This document shows, piece after piece, positions 1-10,999 of a stretch of DNA of 64,000 nt. The stretch is taken from contig NW_027361960.1 of the NCBI RefSeq assembly GCF_039654945.1, forward strand, positions 6,696,001 through 6,760,000, given 5' to 3'. Position numbers and translations under genes: made by a program. Source of the stretch: Dendrobates tinctorius. Taxonomy: Eukaryota. The notes under the pieces are model-generated. The model ran no database searches. It saw only the letters and a list, made by a program, of their open reading frames with translations, and was not told the DNA's origin. Each line of letters starts with the position of its first letter. The stretch's first letter is position 1.

Positions 1-525
1 CAGACTTTCTACAAACTTTATCTGAAATACGACCCTTCAACTCCTACAACTGACAAGGAATCCATAAACTCTTTTCTATCTGAACTTAACCTTCCCCGTT
101 TAGAGCCGCTTGACCTATTATCCTTGAACTAACCTTTCAAAGTAGAAGAAATAACATCAATACACTCAAATCCCAAAAATCCCCATGGCTGGATGGTTTC
201 ACAAATTACTATTTTAAGACCTTCTCTAACATTATTTCCCCTCAATTAAAATTATTATGCGACCACACTTCCTCAACAGGATCCTTCCCTAGAGAAATGC
301 TACAAGCTAACATAATTCTGATACCTAAAGATAAGGGGGATTACAGACATGGTCCAAAACTATAGGCCTATATCTTTAATTAATGGGGATATTAAAATCT
401 ATTCCAAAATCTTAGCTGATCGAATGAAAAATCTTCTTCCCTCACTCATCAAAGACGATCAAATTGGCTTTATTACAGGTAGGCAAGCACCTGACGGCAC
501 AAGAAGAATATTACATATACTTAAC

Positions 526-1387
526 TGTTGTGAATTCCCTTGCTCGCACTTCTGAGCTGGAGCTCCCCCAGGTGGTTACTGGGAGTAGTGGAGCTGGCCA
601 GTCTGATGGAAGTTTGCCACCTGACGACGATAATTGGGAAACTGGGATTACTGGCTGGGAAGCATATAAGTGAGCAGGCTTCCCTTAGTGGTTGCTGGTG
701 ATTTCCTCTTTGTGCATTTTGAGCTCTTCAGTCTCCTGCCTGATCTGCATGGTTCAGTTAAGTGATTCTTTTGCTAATCCTTTGTGTCTAATCTGGTTGT
801 GCCTTTTTTTTGCTTTCTGCTTTGTTGCGAGGGTTCAGCGTACTCCCTGCTGGGGGCAGCGCTGGGCCCCGCTCCATATGTTACAGCTTGTGCCAGTTTG
901 TTCAGTCCCCTGTTATATTAGTATCTTTTGCTTTGCTTCCAGTTCACACCTTCACACCAGAGTGCTGATCTAGTGGGGGGTGAGGTTGTGTGGCCTCAGG
1001 TTTTTTGTATATCAGATGAGATGGATTTTTTAGAGTTTTTGCGAGATTGCAGACAGTATCTTTTCTGTCCTATCTAGACAGTTTGGGTCCCATCATTTGC
1101 TCAGTCTATTTTCTGCCTATGTTTGTCTCTCATCTTGTCTCACCGACAATATATGTTTGGGAGCTGTCTGTTCCTTTTGGGAAGTTTGAATTTCACCTTT
1201 CTGGCTTTGGGCTTGTTTGGTTCTCCGGCTGTGCCGAGGTGTCTGGTGCATCGTGGGGATGCTCCACGGCTACTGCTAGTTGTGTTGTTAGGATCAGGGG
1301 TCTGCAATCCGCTGAGTTACCAACCTCTCTGGTGTCCTGGTGGCTTAGCCTGTTCCTGCCATCCTCCTCGGTGACCCATTCATAACA
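526..1387 (+). mobile_element. Solo LTR (Gypsy/ERV-type), same family as 25858-26687
   Basis: TGTTGTGAA...TTCATAACA termini. TATA-like CATATAAG at ~663. Flanks CTTAAC / CTTTAAC form a degenerate TSD. L1 ORF2 resumes on both sides. Confidence 0.8.
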
Positions 1388-1804
1388 CTTTAACATAGTG
1401 AAATCCCAGAATACCCCTTCGCTTTTTGTAACTTTGGACGTGGAAAAGGCCTTTGATAGAATAAATTGGAATTACCTTAAAGCAACCTTATTTAAATTTG
1501 GCTTCAATTACAAATTTATATCCTCTGTTTTTGCACTATACTCAGACCCTAATGCTAAAGTTTACACCAATAACCATCTTTCCAAATTGTTCCCCATAAC
1601 AAATGGACCAAGACAGGGGTCCCCTTTATCACCTTTGCTCTTCGTCTTAGCAATAGAACCCTTGGCTGAAAAGATTAGATCAAATAATTTGATCAATAGG
1701 TTTAATACTCTACGCCGCCATCATTAAATTACTTTATTCGCTGCCGATATCTTTTTGAAATTGCGGACCCCTTAAATTCAATTGATGCCCTTAAACTAGA
1801 TTTG

Positions 1805-2098
1805 AGAAAATGGAAAACGGTCTTAGGAGCACAGGAAAGAGACTCAGACAAGAGATGGGTTTAAACCACAACGCGTTTCACTGGAGGATGAAGACGGATC
1901 CTCCGTCGAAGCGCGTTGTGCTTTAAACCCATCTCTTGTCTGAGTCTCTTTCTTGCGCTCCTAAGACAGTTTTCCATTTTCTCATTGCTCCTATCCTTCA
2001 TTGGAGGTTTTCGGCTGGAGCTGCAGTGGAGACCTGACATTCTTGTCTGCCCCTGGGTTGCTTCCTAAGTGCTCCTTTATGATCGCTTATCACTGACT
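1805..2098. mobile_element. Short Penelope-like insertion with inverted duplication
   Basis: 15-bp direct repeat CTTAAACTAGATTTG at 1790-1804 and 2099-2113. Inverted arms of ~77 bp (1803-1879 / 1908-1984) centred on a GAAACGCGTT-type hammerhead relic. Confidence 0.65.
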
Positions 2099-2925
2099 CT
2101 TAAACTAGATTTGGACTTATTCTCGAACAAATCAACCCTCAGAAATCTAAAATCTCACATTTTTTCCTAAACCATAACTTCATCCAAGAAATTAAAAAGC
2201 AAACTATCTATGGGAAGACAAAGAAATTGATTATTTAAAAATTACATTATCAAATAAATTTCATTTATTAATCCTCACAAATATAGATAACTTGATTAAA
2301 ACTATAACTAAAGACTTTTCCCTCTTTAAACTCTTAAATTTGTCCCTGCTAGGTAAGACTCTGGTGGTGAAATTGTTTATTTTGCCAAAAATTCTATACT
2401 TCTTTCGAACGCTTCCTCTAACAATTCATTCTTCCTACTTAACAACAATACAAAACCTAATAAAATCCTTTATTTGAAATGACAGAAAGGTGAGGGTAGC
2501 TATTGATGTCCTGAAAAGCAATGGAGGTATAGCCTTACCAAACATCTCGGCCTACTATCAGGCTTATATGATCAGACATAGCCAATACTGGTTTATTGAT
2601 AATCCCCGAGTAGCCTGGCTCCATCTAGAAATAGCCCAAAACAATAATATGCCTCTATGAGATTCCTTCTTTAAATATCTGTTGGAACCAATCCAAAGAG
2701 AACACCATCATCCCATTTTTCAAGCGGTTCTCTCTGCTTGGAAGTCGCTGACGAGGCCGGGGAAGGGAGGTTCGAGGCTTAGCCAGATTAAGAATTTCCC
2801 TATGTCTCTAATAGCTATAATTTACAAAATTTCAATCCCATCTATTTAATTTGGAATAAACAATGTAGACAACATTTACAATGGTGAGTCTTTTTACCCA
2901 TACAGTGAGATCAAACGTATCTATA

Positions 2926-3574
2926 CAAAACCTACAAAAGACAAAATGAAAAAAACCCTGCTATAATTAAATAAGTAAAAAGCAAAAGTGCATTTAAATC
3001 ATACAGAGTTCTTATTAATACTGTATTTGATCAAACATGGCATAAAAGCTGTCCCACCATCAACAAGGTGACTGTGGTCGGGGCGGTCCTAGACTGTCTA
3101 GTATTAATAACCTTATCATGTGTCAAAGTTGACGTCTGTGTGAATAAGGGCAGACAAGGACCAGGTCCCAACCACTGGACACCAGTCTGGGGAAGCCTTT
3201 AAATACAATTTCCAGCTCAGGAGAGGGAGGCCACACCCCAGCTTGCACAGAATGCAAAAATACAAAGAAAAAACACAAAAATTGAGCTTGGTTTGAGTTG
3301 GTACACATGCATTTATATGTACAGTGTAGGACCGCCCCGACCACAGAGTCACCTTGTCGATGGTGGGACGGCTTTTATGCTATGTTTGATCAAATACAGT
3401 ATTAGTAAGAACTCTGTATGATTTAAATGCACTTTTGCTTTTTACTTATTTAATTATAGCAGGGTTTTTTTCATTTTGTCTTTTTGTAGGTTTTGTATGC
3501 TTTTTGGCCATGTGGACATGCATTTATATGCTGCATGTGTACCAACTCAAACCAAGCTCAATTTTTGTGTTTTT
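2926..3574. mobile_element. Non-autonomous Penelope-like (or similar retro-) insertion with inverted/permuted halves
   Basis: 15-bp TSD TCAAACGTATCTATA at 2911-2925 and 3575-3589. Inverted pairs 2926-3091 / 3327-3497 and 3271-3310 / 3535-3575. Confidence 0.65.
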
Positions 3575-4404
3575 TCAAACGTATCTATAACCTGCCTTCT
3601 TCCCAATTTTTATTTTATACGCTATTAAAAGAAAATATCCAAAAATTATCAAGTAGATCCCTAAGCTTAGATATACTCTCTTCCTTATTAAAAACACTAA
3701 TCATAAAAACAGATGGAGCCTTAAAAATATCTATAGCCACTTCAATAAAGATACTAATACAACCAAAAATATTTATCTACGACAATGGGAATCCAACTTA
3801 AATATAGATTTTCCGATGGAAAAATGGGAATATGCGATCAAGCACACCTACAAGTCAAATATCTCCATCCTCCCTCATGAGTCATTTTATAAGCTGATTA
3901 CAAGGTGCTATTACACATGAATACATCTTTCACATATCAATGGAGATAACTCTCTTCTTTGCTGGAGAAGATGCGGATCATCCGTTAACTTATATCATAT
4001 TTTTTGGACATGCCCAAAAATAAAGAAACTTTGGAAGGATGCTATATTACATATCAATACTCTTACACATATCAAACTCATAGACACGCCACAAATGGCG
4101 CTCTTCTTGTTGGGACTTAAGAGTGTTGACCCGTCCATTAAATATATCATTATCCATATCTTCCTGGTGCTAAAAAATTCAATAGCAATGTGGTGGAAAA
4201 AATCTCAATCACCAAAATTTTTTAGACATTATAGACAATTCAACAGCTCCATTGAAAAAAGGTTCGCTTTGAACAATAATTTCCTCCAAAAATATCATAC
4301 AAAATGGGACTTGTGGAATGCCAAATATGTTGCGTTATAGACAGAATCTGGCTCCTAGGCTCTCTTGTCTTCTTGGATTTGTAATAAATCTTAAGTTATA
4401 CTTA

Positions 4405-4800
4405 AGCCCCCGTTACACACTGCGATATCGCTAGCAATATCGCTGTAACGTCACCGATTTTGTGACGTAGCAGCGATATTGCTAGCGATATCGCTATGTG
4501 TGATACTTACCTCCGACTGGCTCCCCCGCTGATTATCGCTGGTCACGCGAGAAGGTCCTGGATAATTTCTTGTCGGGCGCTTCCTGCTGGGCTTCCTGTG
4601 GCGCCGACAAGCGACGCGTGGACGCGGGCGGGAGGACGTCAGGATCGCCGCGTCTGACAGGTAAGTAGCGACCCCCGACCCCAGCGATGTCGCTGGTCAG
4701 ATCTGCCTGTGTGGCAACTCAATAGCGACCACTTAGCGATGCACCAGCGATCCATATCGTTGTCGGGATCGCTGGTGCATCGCTAAGTGTAACGGTACCC
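4405..4800. mobile_element. PIF/Harbinger-type MITE
   Basis: TTA on both flanks; TIRs ...CCGTTACAC / GTGTAACGG...; related to 35392-35900. Confidence 0.75.
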
Positions 4801-4989
4801 TTACTCATCCCGCTACAATGTGTTTGTTACATTTAGCCACTGTGTACATATTGTTATCTCTAGATATAACTATCTATGTATTGGTTTGAATTCTCTATTG
4901 TTAACATACCCATCTCTTGATTTACCCCTCCCTTCCATTAGTTCCCTCCCCTGTTTGAAAAGTTAATAAAAATATTTGAAAGAAGTATG

Positions 4990-5338
4990 TAAAAGAATAT
5001 CTAAATAAGCCCGAAGCATTTTGAAACAAGTCTGTGCTCCGATGAGGTTAAAATAGAACTCTTTGGCCACAGTCATCAGAGATATGTGTGGAGAAAAAAG
5101 GGCACAAAGTTTCAGGAAAGAACATCTCGCCAACCATTAAGCATGGGGGTGGAATCTCACAGAACTGTTGGAACATGAAATTGAACGTCTCTTGGCTGGT
5201 TATATAAAGCGTTTACAAGCGTTTACAAGCTGTGATACTTTCAGAAGGGGGTGCTACTAGGTACTGACCATGTAGGGTGCCCAAACTTTTGCATTGGCCC
5301 ATTTTCTTTCCTTTTTGTAATTTGTAAAATGTGAAAGA

Positions 5339-5374
<36 letters not shown>

Positions 5375-5500
5375 CGAAAATACAAAGGAAATGTCATCTT
5401 TATCTTTAGCCCTTATAGAGACCATTTAATCTTCAACATGCTTAACTTTTCACAATAACAGTAATTTTGACTGGGGTGGCCAAACTTTTGCATGCCACTA
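4990..5500 (+). mobile_element. Tc1/mariner remnant (deleted transposase plus right end) containing (TA)n
   Basis: DE-KIELFGH and KHGGG-like coding relics at 5041-5155. Terminal CCAAACTTTTGCATGCCAC-TA with an internal copy at ~5280. (TA)n at 5342-5371. Confidence 0.65.
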
Positions 5501-5556
5501 TATGTTGATATTTCTTTTCACTTCCTTGTTCTTATTCAGAATTTTATTTATTACAG

Positions 5557-5644
5557 AGCTTAACATGTCGAGAAGAACTTAGGACTCTAATTATGTCTCT
5601 TTTACCTTTGGTTTGGAAGATTCCTGTGGAAGAAGAGACAAGAG
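5557..5644 (+). CDS. LYST: LYST coding exon (human exon 4 equivalent), 88 nt
   Basis: ttacag|AGC...AGAG|gtaaac. Translates [29 protein letters not shown], matching LYST (A)[26 protein letters not shown]. Phase-1 end joins 16858 in frame. Too short for the ORF track. Confidence 0.93.
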
Positions 5645-5660
5645 GTAAACTTCAAACATA

Positions 5661-7044
5661 CCGTATATACTCGTGTATAACCCGACCCCCCCCCCCCCCC
5701 TAATTTTGCCACAAAAAACTGGGAAAACTTATTGACTCGTGTATAAGCCTAGGGTGAAAAATGCAGCAGCTACTGGTAAATTTCAAAAATAAAAATAGAT
5801 ACCAATAAAAGTAAAATTAATTGAGACTTCAGTAGGTTAAATGTTTTTGAATATCCATATTGAATCAGGAGCCCCATATAATGCTCCATACAAAATACAC
5901 CCCATATAATGCTGCACAAAGGTTAATAATGGCCCCATAAGATGCTCCATAGAATAATATGCCCCATATAATGCTCTATAAAGATTATGCCCCCATAAGA
6001 TGCTCCATAGATTATGCCCCCATAAAATGCTCCATAGATTATGCCCCCATAAAATGCCCCATAGAATATGCCCCCATATGCTGCCCCATAGACTAAGTCC
6101 CCATATGCTGCCCCATAGACTAAGCCCCCATATGCTGCCCCATAGAATATGCCCCCATATGCTGCTCCATAGATTATGCCCCCATATGCTGCTCCATGGA
6201 ATATGCCCCCATATGCTGCCCCATAGGATATGCCCCCATATGCTGCTCCATAGATTATGCCCCCATATGCTGCCCAATAGAATATGCCCCCATATGCTGC
6301 TCCATAGATTATGCCCCCATATGCTGCTCCATGGAATATGCCCCCATATGCTGCCCCATAGATTATGCCCCCATATGCTGCTCCATGGAATATGCCCCCA
6401 TATGCTGCCCCATAGATTATGCCCCCATATGCTGCCCCATAGAATATGCCCCCAAATGCTGCTGCTGCAAAAAAAAAGCCATACTCACCTCTCCTGCTCA
6501 GGACCCGGCACCTGTGATATTCACCTGTCCGGGATCCATCGCTGCTCACCACTGTCTGCGCGTCCTCTGTCAGTGACTGTTCAGCCAGCAGAGGGCGCAG
6601 CGCGCACTAACCACGTCACTGTGCCCCGTGCTGGCTAAACATCACGGACACAGGAAGCAGCAAACGGCGGTGACTAGCGTGGGAACGAGGACAGGTGAAT
6701 ATCGCTATACTCACCTGTCCTGGAATGTCTCTGCAGCCTCGCTTCTCCACTGTATCCCTTCCTGCCTTCAGCGGTCACGTGATACCGCTCATTAAAACTC
6801 ATGAATATGCGCATATTCATGAGTTTAATGAGCGGTACCACATGACCGCTGAAGGCAGCAAGGGAGACAGTGGAGAAGCGAGGGGGCTGTAGAGAGTGCC
6901 AGGACGGGTGAGTATGATCTGTGACACACCCACCCGCCTTCCCCCACTGACCCCCAGGTATATGACCCGTGTATAAGCCGAGAGGGGGACTTTCAGCCCC
7001 CAAAAATGGGCTGAAAATCTCGGCTTATACACGAGTATATACAG
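5661..7044. mobile_element. Non-autonomous Tc1/mariner (pogo/Tigger-like) element
   Basis: TA TSDs; TIRs CCGTATATACTCGTGTATAA / TTATACACGAGTATATACAG; internal minisatellite and an internal palindrome at ~6706-6915. Confidence 0.8.
5975..6455. repeat. 27-bp minisatellite (ATGCTGCTCCATAGATTATGCCCCCAT variants)
   Basis: Directly visible tandem array; it produces the spurious 9-aa-periodic ORFs at 5837-6638. Confidence 0.95.
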
Positions 7045-7163
7045 TAATTTTGTGATAGCTTATACAATGAGTTAATAATTAGGGATGAGTGAGCACTAAA
7101 ATGCCCAGGTGCTTGTTGCTCGAACCAAGCAATTCCTAATACTCACGTGCTTGATATGAGTAA

Positions 7164-7660
7164 GGCTGGTTTCACATTCGCGCTTTTTAAGCGCACGCAC
7201 GGCCGGGGGTAGCTCCGCCCCCGAGCCGGCTCTCTGCCCGGCATGCCCGCCCCTTCCTTGTAGCGCCACCTCCTAGCGCACAGCGGCGCCTGCGATCGGC
7301 GCACCCTATCTTTAGCATAGGGTGCGCAGATCGTGCGCAGGCCGTGCGCTAGTTGCGCTTTGACCTGCGCTGCGCACTTTTGACGGTGCGCCGTGCGCGC
7401 CAAAATCAAACTTTTCGGATTTTGGCGCGCACGGCGCACCGTCAAAAGTGCGCAGCGCAGGTCAAAGCGCAACTAGCGCACGGCCTGCGCACGATCTGCG
7501 CACCCTATGCTAAAGATAGGGTGCGCCGATCGCAGGCGCCGCTGTGCGCTAGGAGGCGGCGCTACAAGGAAGGGGCGGGCACGCCGGGCAGAGACCGGCT
7601 CGGGGGCGGAGCTACCCCCGGCCGTGCGTGCGCTTAAAAAGCGCGAATGTGAAACCAGCC
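7164..7660. mobile_element. Harbinger-type MITE, near-perfect 497-bp palindrome, nested in the hAT
   Basis: TAA TSD (7161-63 / 7661-63); TIR GGCTGGTTTCACATTCGCG; arms complementary up to a short central loop at ~7410. Confidence 0.9.
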
Positions 7661-8608
7661 TAACAAGTATAATGGCAGTCAATGGGAAAGCTGAGTTTTT
7701 TTGTGGCAGACCCTACAAAGAGGTCTGAGGGGCAATGAAAATGTTGGAATGAATGGGAATTGAATGGAAGGAGAACAGCAAGGGGAAGACCCCTGCAAGC
7801 ATCTGATTCCCAGATCGCTGCTGAGAACAATGGTTTTACGCCACTTTAAGGAATGACAATAAAACTTTCCGAACCAACGAGACATTTCATTTTACAGGAA
7901 AAAAAATTTACGAAACAATTTTCCAGTATAATGACTTATATACAAGGCAAAATTCAAAAATTATGTTAAAAATGATAAATTTAAGTAAACCAAAAATGTT
8001 TTTTTTTTTAATAACAGGCGAAAGCATCGGTCTATTATGACCCCTCCGGCGGCACTAAAAACCCGCTCATACAAGATGTTAGCAACATAGCAGCGCAACA
8101 CCTCCAAGGCATAGAGGGACAGCTCATGCCATTTGTCGAGCTTTGAGACCCAATAGTTGAAAGTCGCAGTGGAATTAGGGAGCACACTGGTTTGGTTGTC
8201 TAAAAAAACTTTTACATCCTTGTCTAAAATACCCGATCATCAGGCCATGGATGCTGTGCTGTTGTCATGAAATTGGCCCATGCCTTTTACAGTGTACCCC
8301 TGTCTCTACTGTGTGTCTCCTTGTCCTCCCCTCCTTGATTGGGCAAGGAAGCTTGCCCCCTGCAGCTAGCGTAGTCTGCTGGGAATTTTTTCAACATAGT
8401 AACATTTTAGAAGACCTCTACAGCTCAGGAAGAACAGGTGTAAAGTTGTCCTTGTATTGTAGGTCTAGCAGGGTGCACAATCAGTACTCTTTTTTTGGCC
8501 AAGATGAATGTAACGTGAGGATCCCAGGAAAGGCATTGGTACCTAAAAATCAGCCATATATGCCAAGCTCCATACAATCAACACTTCCCTGTCTCCACCA
8601 TGGTGATG

Positions 8609-8798
8609 GCCTTTTGTTTTACAACGACTTATGATTAAGACCCCGGTGGGGTCGAAACGTTAAGTTGTGTCGCAATCGCTCCCTTCCCCCCTTCTTTTCC
8701 AGTGTATTGTGAGCACTATATATTGTATATGCACAATAAAATTTTGACATTCTTTGAAAGATATTCCACTAAGAGTGTGCAGTGAATTTTGAATTCTT
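8609..8798 (+). mobile_element. Penelope-like pLTR fragment containing a minimal hammerhead ribozyme relic
   Basis: TSD-like TCCACCATG(G/T)TGATG at 8594-8608 / 8799-8813. ACTT-ATGATTAA-GACCCC-GGT-GGGGTC-GAAA-CGT-TAAGT at ~8624-8668, followed by AATAAA. Confidence 0.65.
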
Positions 8799-10999
8799 TC
8801 CACCATGTTGATGACTCTCCATCTCCTCCTCCTCCTCCCCCCTCTCTTCCGTTTCCTTTTTCCTCTCTTCCTCCTCATTCCCATACTCATCCATCCATGT
8901 AGGAGAGATGGGACCAAAGCTATGTGGGTACTAGTCTCTGTTGCACTATCCACCAGCTCCTGTTCCTCCTCTTTCTCTTACTCAGCATCCACGTCCTTAT
9001 TGTTATCAAATTCGCGCTAAGCAGATGAGATGAGGCTAGGTTGGCTACAATCTCTGTGATAGGTCTTCCTCCATTCCCACATGATCCGCATGCAAAGCTT
9101 CATGATTAATTGTAAGCAGCAACTGTTTAAGTAGGCACAGAAGCAGGATAGTTGTGCTGACTATATTGTCATCACCACTCACCATCTTTGTGGAGTTCTC
9201 AAAGTCTTGGAGTACCAAACAAGTGTCAGGCATCCATGTCCACTCTTCATTTGTTGTGTGCAGAGGCTGACCCGAATACCGACGGGTGTTTTGGAGCTGG
9301 TGCTCAACTTCTGACCTCTTCTACTTATGAAGTATTGCCAACATGTGCAATTGGAGTTCCAGTGCTTAGTGACGTTGCACACCAGACGGTGAGCTGGCAC
9401 TTGCATGCGCTGCTACAGCGGTGGCAACTGTAGCTGACTTGCATAAATGCACGTTTACGTGGCGTACCTTGACCAGGCATTCTGGCAAATCTGGTTATGT
9501 TTTCAGAAACCGCTGAACTACCAAGTTTAGCACATATGCAAAGCATGGTGCGTGTGTGAGCTTGCCAAGCTTCACAGCTGCCATTAACACACGACCATGC
9601 CTGGCTGGAGGTTCAGCGGCAAAAACCACATATCTGTCTGGTCTGTTATTCATTTAACTAACGTTGCCGTGGTTTGTCTGCTAGAAAAATTAGCTTCAGC
9701 AGAGCCTGTTGTTGCTTCACTGAGGCAGTGCTGCAGAGCTTTCAGCTAGTGGCTGATGTGCACGATGTGCTCTGAGATACCACATCGGAAATGGAGGGTG
9801 AGAAGGAGCAGGAGGGGGTGCAGTCTCCATAATGTTCACCCAGTGTGCTGGCAGAAAAAAGTAACGTCCCTAACCACAAGCCCTTGTCCATGTGTCTGTC
9901 ATTAAGTGAAAAATGCCAGTAAATATGTTGCTAAGTGGTACAAGACAGGGACGCCACACTGGGAGAAAAAGTGGCAGTTGGGTACCGAGTACCAAGGGAT
10001 GGCTGCCGCCATGAGTCGGTGTAAATCCTCCATTTCTACCATCCTAAATGGAAACATTTCCACAGCTAGCAGACTGGAAATTTGCTAGTTTAGCATTTGG
10101 GCCTGTGGGTGTCTGGGAACTTACTTTTTTGTTCCAAGGCCTGGGGTAGGAACAGCTGAACGTTGGGCTGGGGAAAGGATCTGCAAGTGCCTGATGATGG
10201 TAAGTCAGAATGTGCAAGGACCGGTGCAGAGTGAGAGTCATCTGTGCCAGTGTTTTGGACTGGGGATTGGAAAGCACCTAGCACAGTGGAAGAGGCAGTG
10301 GTGTCACTTGATGGTACCAATTGTGGATGTAGGTGTTCGGCTCACCAAATCAGGTACTTAGCTGACATGTGCTTGATCATGCTGGTGGTGGTTAGGATCT
10401 TAGTGATCTTGCCTCTGCTGATCTTGGCATGGCACAGGTTGCAAATGGTCATTTTGTTACTCTCAGAACTCTTTAAAAAAGTCCCAAACTGAGGATCACC
10501 TATTTCTTTGACGGAGAAATGCACGAGTGTTGGTGCTCTGCGGAACAGTTTTCCACCTTGTCCATCTGGTCACCCCACTGCCTCTTCCTGTCTGTTTTAG
10601 TGCCTCTCAGGACTACTGGTCTCGCTCTGCATTCCAGCTTCCCAGGTTGGTCTTCCACCACCGCACCCTGGTCCTCCTGACTTTGTTACTTAACAACGAC
10701 TTGTCCCAAATTTGTCATTCCCCATCATCATGTTCTTTGGCCTTGGCTGCTCTAAGTGTTAGGCATCCTTAAACAGCATGTTGTCTTGTTCCTTTTGAAG
10801 CATGCAGGTTGAGATGCCACAGTCATGAAATGTAGTGGTTAAGAGCACCTCAGAGTGTCTTAGTGCGAGATCAATAGTCTCCTGGGAATCAACATGGTGG
10901 AGGAAGGAGAAACAGGGTGAGGATTGAGTGTTCCAGACTTTAGACTGGTGAGATTGGACTGTGTGGAAGACTGTGGGTTGTGGGTGGACTGTGGCACGC

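Larger units (their letters stand above)
1..4985 (+). mobile_element. Degenerate L1-clade LINE (ORF2 RT to 3' end), interrupted by four younger insertions
   Basis: Fragmented RT motifs: YRPISLIN (349-), LDVEKAFDRINW and GPRQGSPLSPLLFVLAIEPLA (1398-1727), KLFILPKILYFF (2292-). C-terminal CWRRC...HIFWTCP zinc knuckle at ~3960-4020. AATAAA and A-rich end at ~4965-4985. Many stops and frameshifts. Confidence 0.9.

Noticed and set aside
5837-6638. Repetitive Gly/Tyr- or Cys/Pro-rich ORFs resembling keratin-associated or eggshell proteins
   Set aside because: Artefacts of a 27-bp minisatellite that is open in several frames on both strands inside a MITE.
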